From Myxococcota bacterium (GTDB lineage: Bacteria; Myxococcota_A; Polyangia; Polyangiales; Houyiibacteriaceae), in NCBI GenBank assembly GCA_039030295.1, contig JBCCEK010000002.1, positions 3,978 through 67,977 on the forward strand: 64,000 bases of DNA. The letters are read 5' to 3'. Below the pieces are notes generated by a model. The model was not told the DNA's origin and made no database searches. It was given only the letters and a program-made list of their open reading frames with translations. Each line of letters opens with the position of its first letter. The first letter of the stretch is position 1. A program made the translations under genes and the position numbers. Below are positions 39,949 to 49,489 of this stretch, piece by piece.

Positions 39949-41463
39949 ATGGACATCAAAGACCTCGCCAGCGTACGCCTCGGCCCGCTCGAACCTCTCG
40001 TTGCTCGCATCTATCGCCACGCGAAGCGCCTGCCAATGGTTCGGGAGAGGCTGGAGGCAGAGTACGCGCCGATCATGGATGCGCTCCGCAAGTCTGCGAA
40101 ACCTTACAGCGACGATGTCGAGAATCACGCCCGTCTGCCCGAGCAGGGCCGAAGCCGCGACGAGATTCTTGCCGGCATCCGAGATCTCCAACAACGGGAA
40201 GCTGGCCGGTGGGAGGATGGCTACGTGTCGGGCACCGTGTACCACGGAGATCCCGAGCACATCGCCTTTCTCAACGAGGCGTACGCGATCACCTCGCAGA
40301 CCAACCCGCTTCACTCGGACTTGTGGCCCAGCATTGCCAAGTACGAAGCGGAGATCGTCTCCATGACGGCCAACATGCTGGGTGCGGGCGAAGTGCGAGG
40401 CGAACCAGTGTGCGGCACGGTCTCTAGCGGGGGCACCGAGAGCATCATGCTTGCCATGCGGTCTTACCGGGATTGGGCGCGCGAGACGAAAGGCATCTCG
40501 TCACCGGAGTTGGTCGTCCCAACCACAGCGCACGCTGCCTTCGACAAGTCGGCGCAGTACTTTGGGATCAAACTGGTCAAGGTACCCGTTGGCCCAGACT
40601 ACCGCGCAGACGTGGATGCGACCCGTCGAGCCATCACGCGTCGCACCATCTGCGTCGTTGGTTCCGCGGTCTCGTTTCCACACGGTGTCATCGATCCGAT
40701 CGAGGAACTGTCCGAGCTCGCTCGAAAGCGGGGGATTGGCTTTCACACAGACGCGTGTCTCGGAGGGTTCGTGCTGCCCTGGGCGCGCAAGCTAGGCCAC
40801 CCAGTTCCGCCGTTCGACTTTCGGGTTCCTGGCGTCACTTCCATGTCGGCGGACACTCACAAGTACGGGTACGCTTCCAAGGGGACGAGCGTCGTGCTGT
40901 ACAGAAACCCCGAGCTTCGCCACTACCAGTACTACAAGGTCGCCGATTGGCCCGGAGGCCTCTACTTCTCGCCTACGTTCGCCGGGAGCCGCCCGGGCGC
41001 GCTGAGCGCGGCTTGCTGGGCCGCGATGATCTCGATGGGCGAAGACGGGTACCTCGACGCCACCCGTCGCATTCTTGCGACCGGCGCGAAGATCCGCGAG
41101 GGGATTCGCCAAATCGATGGGCTCTACGTGTTGGGCGATCCGCTCTGGGTGATCGCATTTGGCTCCGACGAGCTCGACATCTATCGCGTCCTCGAGCTGA
41201 TGACGAAACGCCGTTGGAACCTCAACGGCCTGCACAAACCACCGAGCGTCCATCTCGCGGTCACCCTGCGGCACACCGGTCCAGGGATCGCCGAGCGGTT
41301 CCTCGAGGACCTACGCGCGGCCGTCGACGAGGCACGAACCTCCCCGTCGGAGGAAGGCGGGATGGCCCCCGTGTACGGGATGGCCAACACGGTTCCCATT
41401 CAAGGCGTCGTGACCGACCTTCTCGATCGGTACCTTGACGTCCTCTACGAGGTGCCGGATTGA
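39949..41463 (+). CDS. PLP-dependent group-II decarboxylase-fold enzyme, sphingosine-1-phosphate-lyase-like
   Basis: [23 protein letters not shown], and PLP-lysine motif [27 protein letters not shown] segment. Overall resembles eukaryotic and bacterial S1P lyases, from memory. Confidence 0.7.
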   Translation: MDIKDLASVRLGPLEPLVARIYRHAKRLPMVRERLEAEYAPIMDALRKSAKPYSDDVENHARLPEQGRSRDEILAGIRDLQQREAGRWEDGYVSGTVYHGDPEHIAFLNEAYAITSQTNPLHSDLWPSIAKYEAEIVSMTANMLGAGEVRGEPVCGTVSSGGTESIMLAMRSYRDWARETKGISSPELVVPTTAHAAFDKSAQYFGIKLVKVPVGPDYRADVDATRRAITRRTICVVGSAVSFPHGVIDPIEELSELARKRGIGFHTDACLGGFVLPWARKLGHPVPPFDFRVPGVTSMSADTHKYGYASKGTSVVLYRNPELRHYQYYKVADWPGGLYFSPTFAGSRPGALSAACWAAMISMGEDGYLDATRRILATGAKIREGIRQIDGLYVLGDPLWVIAFGSDELDIYRVLELMTKRRWNLNGLHKPPSVHLAVTLRHTGPGIAERFLEDLRAAVDEARTSPSEEGGMAPVYGMANTVPIQGVVTDLLDRYLDVLYEVPD

Positions 41464-42074
41464 CGCCCACCGCTGAGCACCGCTGCCGAATCGTGCTGAC
41501 CGGAGGACCCGGGGGAGGCAAGACCACTGCCGCGGATCTGTTCCGACGCGAAATCGGCGATCGTGTCGTCGTCGTACCTGAGACGGCGACGATGCTGTTT
41601 GCCGGAGGTTTCCCTCGCACCGCAACGCCGACTGCGTTGGCGGCCACTCAGCGCGCCATCTTCCACACACAGCGGGCCCTCGAAGATGTGCAGAGTTCAC
41701 TCTACCCGGGCCGGGTGCTCCTCTGCGATCGGGGCACCATCGATGGGGCCGCGTATTGGCCAGAGGACGAACCGTTGGGTTTCTTCGAAACGCTCGGGAC
41801 CAGCCTCGAGACCCAGCTCGCGCGTTACGATGCGGTCCTTTTCTTCGAGTCCGCCGCGGTTGGCGACATCGAGATTGAGGGGGGAAACCCCACACGCACC
41901 GAGGACAACACCGAGGCGCGACGTCTCGACGTTCGACTTCGTGGACTGTGGTCGAAGCACCCCAGATTCCGTTTCATCCCCCACTCTCAGTCTTTCTTCG
42001 ACAAGCTTCAGCAGGGTCTCCTCGAGCTCAAGGGTATCGTGGCGGCGCAAAGATCCGAACGCACCCCTCCTTGA
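41460..42074 (+). CDS. AAA_28-type P-loop NTPase of unknown function
   Basis: TTG start overlaps the preceding stop. P-loop [12 protein letters not shown] close to the N-terminus. LCDRG Walker-B-like segment. Confidence 0.6.
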   Translation: MTPTAEHRCRIVLTGGPGGGKTTAADLFRREIGDRVVVVPETATMLFAGGFPRTATPTALAATQRAIFHTQRALEDVQSSLYPGRVLLCDRGTIDGAAYWPEDEPLGFFETLGTSLETQLARYDAVLFFESAAVGDIEIEGGNPTRTEDNTEARRLDVRLRGLWSKHPRFRFIPHSQSFFDKLQQGLLELKGIVAAQRSERTPP

Positions 42075-42095
42075 AACGCTAGCTATCGCCCCGCC

Positions 42096-43115
42096 TCAAC
42101 GGGGCGGCGGAACCTCAGCGACCTCGAGTACGGCCGCCCCCTTCACGCGGTCCTCTTTCAAATCGAGAAGCGCCTGATTGGCTTCCTCGAGCGGGTAACT
42201 CTGGGTATGGGTCCGGATCGGAATCTCGGAGGCGAGCGCGAGAAGCGCCCGCCCGTCCTCCCGGGTGTTCGCGGTAACGCTTCGGACCACGCGTTCCTGG
42301 AACAGGTGCTCCTGGTAGTTCAATGCGGGCACGTCCGACAGGTGAATGCCTGCAATGGCGAGCGTGGCGCCACGGTCGAGGGCCGCAAGCGCAGGCGGCA
42401 CCAACTCGCCAGCCGGAGCGAACAAGATCGCACCGTCGAGGCCGTGCGGAGGTCGATCGAAAGTGCTTCCGACCCAAGCCGCGCCGAGCTCCTCGGCGAG
42501 CTCGCGATGACCGCCGCCACGACTGAACACGTACACTTCGCACCCCAGGTGGCGCGCCACCTGAATCGTCACGTGGGCCGACCCACCGAAGCCGAACAAG
42601 CCAAGCCTTCCACCGCGCTCGACGCCAGACATACGGAACGCGCGGTAGCCGATGATGCCGGCACAAAGAAGGGGCGCCAACTCGTGCGCGGAGAGTTCTT
42701 CCGGAAGCGGATAGACGAATGCCTCGGGAACCACGGCGAGATCTCCATAGCCTCCGTCATAGTCCCAGCCCGTGAACTGGGGTGCAAGACATAGGTTCTC
42801 GTCGCCGCGGTTGCAGAAACGGCACGCGCGGCATGTCGAACGGAGCCACGCGATTCCAACGCGAGCGCCTTCAGAAAAGCGCGTACAGCCGGGTCCGCGG
42901 CGCGCGATACGACCGACGACCTCATGACCGGGAACGATGCCGCGCCGGCGAGCCGGTAGGTCGCCTTCGACCACGTGGAGATCTGTACGACACACCCCGC
43001 ACACTTCCACTTGCACGAGGACCTGACCTTCACCGAGCCAAGGCTCGGCGCGCTCTTCGAGCACGAGCGGGCGACGCTCGATGGGCGCAGGACCGGCGAG
43101 TGCCATGACACGCAT
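42096..43115 (-). CDS. Zinc-dependent alcohol dehydrogenase family protein
   Basis: Start at MRVMALAG. CGVCRTDLH, GHEVVGRI, structural-Zn CRACRFCNRGDENLC, and GFGGSAH Rossmann motif. Confidence 0.85.
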   Translation of the reverse strand: MRVMALAGPAPIERRPLVLEERAEPWLGEGQVLVQVEVCGVCRTDLHVVEGDLPARRRGIVPGHEVVGRIARRGPGCTRFSEGARVGIAWLRSTCRACRFCNRGDENLCLAPQFTGWDYDGGYGDLAVVPEAFVYPLPEELSAHELAPLLCAGIIGYRAFRMSGVERGGRLGLFGFGGSAHVTIQVARHLGCEVYVFSRGGGHRELAEELGAAWVGSTFDRPPHGLDGAILFAPAGELVPPALAALDRGATLAIAGIHLSDVPALNYQEHLFQERVVRSVTANTREDGRALLALASEIPIRTHTQSYPLEEANQALLDLKEDRVKGAAVLEVAEVPPPR

Positions 43116-43366
43116 GGCTGGAGCATGGCCCGCCGAATCGCGGCAAACAACAGCCGAGCGAACCCCGACCCCGCAAGAGTTGCAGTGGCGTGGCTCATGC
43201 CGAAAGGTTTTCGCGACGCCGAAGCCCGCCGCGCACGCCGGCGAGCAGGATGCTCCTTGCGCCAAGGGGCTGCCAAGCTTACGTAGGTGAGGGTGTCTCC
43301 CTGCTGGCCGTCGCGGGTTCCGCGGACGTCATCGAGGAGGCCGTCGACAGGTCGCAAGTCCGGCAG

Positions 43367-46084
43367 ATGCGAGCGAGTATGGCGAACGCAGAACCAGGCA
43401 ACGAGCCTTGGGCCGTGGAAGCCGAGGCTGTGTTGCGGTCGCTTGGCGTCGATCCGAAAGAGGGTCTCAGCTCCGATGAGGCACACGCTCGGGTGGCACG
43501 GTTCGGTGTCAACGCACTCGAGGAGTTCCGTCCGACCTCCTGGTGGGCCATCGTCTGGCGCCAGCTTCGCACTTTTCTCGTGTTGCTTCTGTTGGCGGCA
43601 GCGGTCCTTTCGTTTGCCCTCGGTGACCAACTCGAAGGCGTTGCGATCCTCGCGGTCATCGTGATCAATACCATGATCGGATTCGTGACCGAGCTTCGCG
43701 CCGTTCGATCGACTGAAGCACTGCGCTCCCTCGGCAGCACCGAGACGACGGTCAGACGTGATGGATCCGTGACGCGGTTGTCCGCCGAAAACTTGGTACC
43801 CGGCGACATCCTACTTCTCGAGGGAGGAGACATCGTCACGGCTGACGCGCGCATCCTGAGTGCCTCCCGGCTCTCTCTCGACGAATCGACGCTTACTGGC
43901 GAGTCGATCCCAGTCGAGAAGGGCCCGAGCGCGCTACCCCCTCAAACGATACTCGCCGACCGAGCCAACATGCTGTTCAAGGGGACCTCCGCCACGAAGG
44001 GAACCGCGGAGGCTGTTGTTGTTTCGACGGGCATGAACACCGAGCTAGGGCGAATCACCGCTCTTGTTCAAACCGCTCCAGATCGAAGGACACCCCTTGA
44101 GGAGCGAATCGATTCCTTGGGCGTCACCATGGGTTGGCTTTGCATCGCACTGGTTGTCGCCGTCGCGATTCTAGGCGCGATCGGCGGAAAGGACACGACC
44201 GAGCTCGTCAAGACGGGTATCGCCCTGGCAGTCGCCACTGTCCCCGAAGGGCTTCCAATCGTCGCCACCCTAGCGTTGGCACGCGGCGTTCTCAGGATGG
44301 CCCGAAGAAACGCGCTGCTCGAGCAGCTTTCGGCGGTGGAGACGCTTGGCTCGACCAGTGTGATCCTCACGGACAAGACCGGAACACTCACCGAGAACCG
44401 CATGACCGTCACGGAGGTGGTGGTCGCAGACGCTTCGTCGCACCCGGCTCCCGCGCCGCTCGCGCGAAGCGCCGTAGACGTCGCTCTCAAGAGCGAGACA
44501 AGCCGACTGCTGACCGCGGCGGCACTATGTAGCGACGCCTCGATCGACGAAATCGACGGTCAGGAAGTGCAGGTGGGGGACCCAATGGAGGTGGCGCTGC
44601 TCCGGGCACTCGATCAAGCCGGGCTTGATCGAGCCGGGGCGCTGCGCGACAACCCTCGACTGGCCGAGGAAGCCTTCGACCCAGAGATCAAGATGATGGC
44701 GACACTTCACCGGTGTGATGCGATAGGTCGAGTGATCGTCAAGGGAGCGCCCGAGGCGGTGATGACCGCCTCGAGTCATGTCTCTACGGGGAACGGCGCG
44801 GTCGAGCTCGATCGTGGACTGACGCAGCTTTGGCGCACGGAGAACCAACGGCTGGCGTCCGCAGGTCTACGAACGCTGGCGGTTGCTGAGAAAACGACCG
44901 ACTCGTTGACCGACCCATATCGGGATCTTGTGTTGCTCGGACTGGTTGGGCTCTCCGACCCGCCTCGATCGGAAGTCGCGGAGGCGATTCGGCACTGTCG
45001 CTCCGCCGGGATCGAGGTCGTGATGGTCACCGGTGACCAAGGGCCCACGGCGGACCACGTGGCCGCTGCAGTAGGGCTCATCGAAGAAGACGAAAAGGGG
45101 CGAGCGCTGACGGGGACCGAACTTGAAGAGTTGCTCGAAGAGGGCGAGCCTGCCGTTCGGACACTCCGGTCGACCCGAGTATTCGCGAGGTCGGACCCTC
45201 GGCAGAAACTCGGTCTGTTGTCCTTCTTGCAGGGTGAAGGGGAAGTCGTGGCCATGATCGGAGATGGCGTCAATGACGCCCCTGCGCTGCAGAAGTCCGA
45301 CATCGGAATCGCGATGGGCAAACGTGGTACGCAAGTCGCCCAAGAGGCCGCCGACATGATTCTCCGAGATGATCGGTTTGCCACGATCGTCGTCGCGGTT
45401 CGTCAGGGAAGGATCATCTTCCGCAACATACGGAGTTTCGTTTTCTACCTATTGTCTTGCAATCTAAGCGAGATCATGACCGTCGGGCTGGCGGCAGCGC
45501 TCAACACGCCGTTGCCGATCTTGCCGATGCAGATCTTGTTTCTGAATCTGGTCACCGACGTATTTCCCGCGTTGGCCCTTGGCGTCGGAGAGGCGGGCCC
45601 GGAAATCATGGAGACCCCTCCCCGTCCGAGAAGTGAGGCGCTACTGACGTCCCGCCACTGGGCGCGCCTTCTAGGGTACGGCGTTCTGATGAGCGTCTCC
45701 GTGTTGAGTGGGCTTGCGATCGCGCTGATCGTGTTCGACATGGAAGCGAAACGGGCGGTGACGGTGTCGTTCCTCATCCTCGCTGGGGCGCAGCTCGGTC
45801 ACGTGTTCAACATGGTCTCCCCAAGGTCGGGTTTCGTAGCCAACGAAGTCACCCGAAATCCGTGGGTATGGGCCGCCCTCGTTCTTTGTGTCGGCTTGTT
45901 GTTTGCGTCGGTGTACGCGCCCGTGCTCTCGGAGGTCCTGGGGACTGAGCCCCCCGGAAGGGATGGGTGGATGCTCGTGCTCTCATTCAGTCTCGTACCC
46001 GTGCTCGTCGGGCAAGGCCTGCGAGCTGTCAGTCGCATGAGGGCGATGATCGGGGCGGGCGCGCGACGACGTGCGATCGCTTGA
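43367..46084 (+). CDS. Cation-transporting P-type ATPase (type II, Ca2+/Mg2+-like)
   Basis: DKTGTLTEN phosphorylation motif, TGES, MVTGDQ, GDGVNDAPALQ. N-terminal GLSSDEAHARVARFGVNAL. The start is at 43367 or 43379. Confidence 0.88.
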   Translation: MRASMANAEPGNEPWAVEAEAVLRSLGVDPKEGLSSDEAHARVARFGVNALEEFRPTSWWAIVWRQLRTFLVLLLLAAAVLSFALGDQLEGVAILAVIVINTMIGFVTELRAVRSTEALRSLGSTETTVRRDGSVTRLSAENLVPGDILLLEGGDIVTADARILSASRLSLDESTLTGESIPVEKGPSALPPQTILADRANMLFKGTSATKGTAEAVVVSTGMNTELGRITALVQTAPDRRTPLEERIDSLGVTMGWLCIALVVAVAILGAIGGKDTTELVKTGIALAVATVPEGLPIVATLALARGVLRMARRNALLEQLSAVETLGSTSVILTDKTGTLTENRMTVTEVVVADASSHPAPAPLARSAVDVALKSETSRLLTAAALCSDASIDEIDGQEVQVGDPMEVALLRALDQAGLDRAGALRDNPRLAEEAFDPEIKMMATLHRCDAIGRVIVKGAPEAVMTASSHVSTGNGAVELDRGLTQLWRTENQRLASAGLRTLAVAEKTTDSLTDPYRDLVLLGLVGLSDPPRSEVAEAIRHCRSAGIEVVMVTGDQGPTADHVAAAVGLIEEDEKGRALTGTELEELLEEGEPAVRTLRSTRVFARSDPRQKLGLLSFLQGEGEVVAMIGDGVNDAPALQKSDIGIAMGKRGTQVAQEAADMILRDDRFATIVVAVRQGRIIFRNIRSFVFYLLSCNLSEIMTVGLAAALNTPLPILPMQILFLNLVTDVFPALALGVGEAGPEIMETPPRPRSEALLTSRHWARLLGYGVLMSVSVLSGLAIALIVFDMEAKRAVTVSFLILAGAQLGHVFNMVSPRSGFVANEVTRNPWVWAALVLCVGLLFASVYAPVLSEVLGTEPPGRDGWMLVLSFSLVPVLVGQGLRAVSRMRAMIGAGARRRAIA

Positions 46085-46155
46085 CTCCCTCGGTGGCGCG
46101 GCGCCGTCGGATCGAGAACGGATGAAGACGCACATTTTGCATGCGTTTCGCCGGG

Positions 46156-46449
46156 TCAGCGATCGGGTGGGTGGACCGCGTCGGCCGCTCGCCGATTCGG
46201 ACCCTCCGGGGGGACCGAAGGACGAAAAGTTGCCCTCCGAAGGTCCACAACCACTACCAACAGGAACAACGCGAATGATAGCGTACCGATGACTTGTCCG
46301 ATCGACATCGCCATCATTACGGGCACCCACCCTTGGTCGAACAGCGACCAACTCATCAACGCGAGCGCGACGAGCCCGAGAGCGCAGGCCGCCGACAGCA
46401 GTCGACGACGCGACGCCTCGTTCAGAAACCTCTTGAGCTTCGGGTTCAA
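46156..46449 (-). CDS. Hypothetical small membrane protein (about 97 aa, two predicted TM helices)
   Basis: A TTG start overlapping the tetrahaem stop (TTGA) would give LNPKLKRFLNEASRRRLLSAACALGLVALALMSW...VPVMMAMSIGQVIGTLSFALFLLVVVVDL. Start and existence are uncertain. Confidence 0.35.
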   Translation of the reverse strand: MNPKLKRFLNEASRRRLLSAACALGLVALALMSWSLFDQGWVPVMMAMSIGQVIGTLSFALFLLVVVVDLRRATFRPSVPPEGPNRRAADAVHPPDR

Positions 46450-47114
46450 TGGTCCTCCCACAAGGGCGCGATGGGCTTGAGCGTCGCCTCCGCGGCTTCT
46501 TGCGCGGGCTTGCTGAAGGGATGTGCGTACCCATGACACCCGACGCTTGCACAGCTGGTCCTGCCGGTGCGCACATCGTCCAGCACCCCCTGGTGATCCG
46601 GGACCTCGCTCCAGATTCGGCCGCTGGTGCTGTGGCACTGCATGCAGTTGTCGTTTCGAAACGGGCGGGCGATGTGGACCCGTGGGAGCGACTCGTGGGC
46701 GTCTTCCCACATGAAGTCAGTCAGAAAGTAGTATACGTGCCCCATGCCACCAAGCTTGGTGAGTGCGTAGCCGTACATCCCGTAGTCTTTGTGGCAAACG
46801 TAGCAACTCCTGTCCCCAAACATCTTGGTCCGCGAGTGGATCGCCGCGAGCCCGAGGCTGTCGGGATCGTTAGCGTCCTCGATGTGGAGATCCATCGTGT
46901 GGCAGCTTCCACAGAACTCCTGTCGTTCGGTGGCACGGAGTCCTTCGACGTTGCCGATGAGCGCGGTCAGAATCGGCAAGACGCCCAGGCCCAGCCCGAG
47001 GATGACCTTGACCTTGGCATCCGGCGGAGGGCGGTACACCAGGTAGAGCACCATGATCAGCGCCGCAAGAACAGCGCAGGTCAGTGCAAGCCAGGAGAGC
47101 GGCGATACGTGCAT
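46446..47114 (-). CDS. Membrane-anchored tetrahaem c-type cytochrome, NapC/NirT/CymA-like (putative quinol dehydrogenase)
   Basis: Two N-terminal hydrophobic segments. FCGSCHTM, CYVCHKD, CMQCH, and a fourth expanded site CASVGCHGYAH (CX4CH) where NapC has CxxCHxGxxH. Confidence 0.75.
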   Translation of the reverse strand: MHVSPLSWLALTCAVLAALIMVLYLVYRPPPDAKVKVILGLGLGVLPILTALIGNVEGLRATERQEFCGSCHTMDLHIEDANDPDSLGLAAIHSRTKMFGDRSCYVCHKDYGMYGYALTKLGGMGHVYYFLTDFMWEDAHESLPRVHIARPFRNDNCMQCHSTSGRIWSEVPDHQGVLDDVRTGRTSCASVGCHGYAHPFSKPAQEAAEATLKPIAPLWEDH

Positions 47115-48434
47115 GGGGGATCGTGCTCGCCACGACTAAAGTCGAGCCAGCAGCGAAACCATGCTCCAACTCCGGGGAACCGCGCAAGCACGAAGATCGC
47201 CCGAACTGCCAAACGGGCGGCCCCGGTTCTTGCCGCACTTCTTGCGCTAGCAGCGGCCGGCATGGCGAGTTCCGCTGGGGCCCAACCACATCGCCTCGGC
47301 GCCGAGCTGTGGGGCCAGGCCAACCCGAACTACGGACTGATCGTGCTGCAAGGGTCGACCCGCAAGTACCCGTACATCGACGCCGAGGCGCTCGTTTGGG
47401 GAGGTGTGGGCGCTTCGCAAACGGGGTTTGACGACGACGCCACATTCGAAGCCCTGGTAGTCACCGTCCGAGTGCGCGACCCGCGCGGCGTGAGCGATAC
47501 GAGGTTGGGACGCTTCATCTTGTCGACGGGAGCGGTGCGCGCCGTGCAGATCGACGGAGGCCATCTCGTTCTCCGGGCGCCGTCGAAAACACACGTCGAG
47601 GTTTTCGGGGGTGTCCCCGTCGAGGGCGATGCCGAGGGACGTGGTTCCGACTGGATGGTTGGGGGTCGCGTGTCACAGGGACTTGGAAAACGAGGCGTGA
47701 TCGGCGGTTCGTACTACAACCGATTCAACGCCGGTCAGCGCTCGGACGAGGAAGTCGGGGCTGACTTCGCACTTCGCGTCGCGCATTGGCTCGACATGGC
47801 GGCGAAGTTCTCTTGGGAGATCATCAACCCCGGCATCGCCGAGGTGCTGGCAACGGTCTCGGCCCAGACCAAGAACAAGGCGATTCGCGGAGAGGTCTAC
47901 GCGACGAAACGTTCGCCGACACGCATGCTTCAGCAGACTTCCCTGTTCACCGTTTTGGGCGACCCCGAGACTCTTGCGGTTGGCGCGAATCTTCGTTGGC
48001 GTGCGGCCCCTCGACTGGACCTTTGGCTCGACGCCGCTCTTCGGGACGCCCAGGAAGAGCTTGGCTGGAGTGGATACCTCCGCGGCGTTCTCCGAACCGA
48101 CGATGAAGGAAAGGGAAGCATCCTCGGCGAGCTTCGTCGCCAGTCGGTGACGATCGCGAGATGGACGGGAATCCGTTTGGCGGCAGTGATCCCACTGTAC
48201 GAGGATCGCGACACGACCGTTGGGTTGATGCCTGAGTTCGAAGTGATCATTCCGGACGACCCGCAGGAGGGTCAGGGCAAAGTATGGCCTTGGGGGCGGC
48301 TTGCCGTTCGTTGGCGGCCGAGCCCGAGCTGGGCGATCGCCGCGGCTTGCGAAGCAAGTGCCAACCAGGTCGAGCGGTACGAGGTGCGCGCCTTGGCGCG
48401 TGTGGCCTATCAGGGAAAGTGGCCGAAGCAGTGA
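47109..48434 (+). CDS. Predicted outer-membrane beta-barrel (porin-like partner of the multihaem cytochromes); start codon unresolved
   Basis: Signal-like KRAAPVLAALLALAAAGMASSAGAQP. Repeated amphipathic strand-like segments (ALVVTVRV, ADFALRVAH, LAVGANLRWRA, WSGYLRGVLR, GRLAVRWRP, YEVRALARVAYQGKW). The stop overlaps the next gene (GTGA). The only in-frame canonical start upstream of the signal peptide is GTG 47109, which abuts the divergent gene's ATG. Confidence 0.55.
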   Translation: MHGGSCSPRLKSSQQRNHAPTPGNRASTKIARTAKRAAPVLAALLALAAAGMASSAGAQPHRLGAELWGQANPNYGLIVLQGSTRKYPYIDAEALVWGGVGASQTGFDDDATFEALVVTVRVRDPRGVSDTRLGRFILSTGAVRAVQIDGGHLVLRAPSKTHVEVFGGVPVEGDAEGRGSDWMVGGRVSQGLGKRGVIGGSYYNRFNAGQRSDEEVGADFALRVAHWLDMAAKFSWEIINPGIAEVLATVSAQTKNKAIRGEVYATKRSPTRMLQQTSLFTVLGDPETLAVGANLRWRAAPRLDLWLDAALRDAQEELGWSGYLRGVLRTDDEGKGSILGELRRQSVTIARWTGIRLAAVIPLYEDRDTTVGLMPEFEVIIPDDPQEGQGKVWPWGRLAVRWRPSPSWAIAAACEASANQVERYEVRALARVAYQGKWPKQ

Positions 48435-49489
48435 ACCGGGTTCTGGTAGCGCTGGTGACCCCGGGCCTGGTGCTCCTTGCCGTCGGGTGCGCGAAGATCC
48501 TCGGCCTGGAGCAGGAGCCAAACGACGGCCCCTTCGAGCACCGGGCGCATGTGCTCGAGGGCATCAACTGCCTCGAATGCCACGCCGGCATTGAAGACGC
48601 CGGACAGGACGGCCCCCTTCATTTACCGAGCACTGCCGACTGCGTCACATGCCACCGAGATCCCCACGATCCCAACCCGTGCTCGAACTGCCATGGGCGC
48701 GCACGAACTCGAAGCGCAGCCCTCACCGCCAAGGAACACATGCGCTTCTCGCATGCTCAGCACGCCGAAGAGGGGGCGGGCGACTGCATTCGATGCCACG
48801 TCAACGTCACCATCGACGACGACTACGTGCGGACCAAGCATCCGACCTGCTTCGGCTGTCATGCACACAAGGGCCAATGGGACACGCGCGACTGCGACGG
48901 TTGCCATGTCGAGGTTCAGGCGGAACTGGGAATGCCGGAAAGCCACGTCATCCACGACGGCGACTTTCTGCGGGAACATGGTCTGCAAGCCGCCGCTCAA
49001 GCCGACCTGTGCACCAGTTGCCATACCCAACGGGAATGCGCCGAGTGTCACGGTGTGACCGTCGCCGCGATTCCGTCGCGGCTCGCGTTCGACGAGCCCC
49101 TTCGGCCTTCGATGCATCGCGCCAACTTCATAGCGGTTCACGACATGCAGGCGGCGGCCGATCCGGGCGCATGCGTGGTGTGCCATAGCCCATTGTTCTG
49201 CGTCGACTGCCACGAGCGCGTAGGCATCGCCGGGTTCGACGCCCCTAGTGGGAACCCCCATCCGCCGGGTTGGTCCGGTCCTCCTGGAACCTCGAATACC
49301 CACGGGCCGGCGGCGCGCCTCGACCCACTGAACTGCGCAACCTGCCATGGAGGTGCCGGAGAAATGCTCTGCGTCGGGTGCCACCGGGTCGGTGGCCCGG
49401 GAGGCAACCCACACCCTCCGAACTTCGAGAGCCGCCTCGATATCGTCAACGATCTGCCGTGCCGCCTCTGTCACCTGGGTGGTCTATGA
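48431..49489 (+). CDS. 13-haem c-type cytochrome lipoprotein
   Basis: GTG start gives MNRVLVALVTPGLVLLAVGC (lipobox). 13 CxxCH motifs counted in 352 aa. Confidence 0.85.
   Translation: MNRVLVALVTPGLVLLAVGCAKILGLEQEPNDGPFEHRAHVLEGINCLECHAGIEDAGQDGPLHLPSTADCVTCHRDPHDPNPCSNCHGRARTRSAALTAKEHMRFSHAQHAEEGAGDCIRCHVNVTIDDDYVRTKHPTCFGCHAHKGQWDTRDCDGCHVEVQAELGMPESHVIHDGDFLREHGLQAAAQADLCTSCHTQRECAECHGVTVAAIPSRLAFDEPLRPSMHRANFIAVHDMQAAADPGACVVCHSPLFCVDCHERVGIAGFDAPSGNPHPPGWSGPPGTSNTHGPAARLDPLNCATCHGGAGEMLCVGCHRVGGPGGNPHPPNFESRLDIVNDLPCRLCHLGGL

Noticed and set aside
46449-47108. 5' 220 codons of the 661-aa ORF that contains the porin-like gene
   Set aside because: Antisense to the tetrahaem cytochrome gene, with no protein-like features. 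Only the portion from 47109 was kept, and even that start is doubtful.
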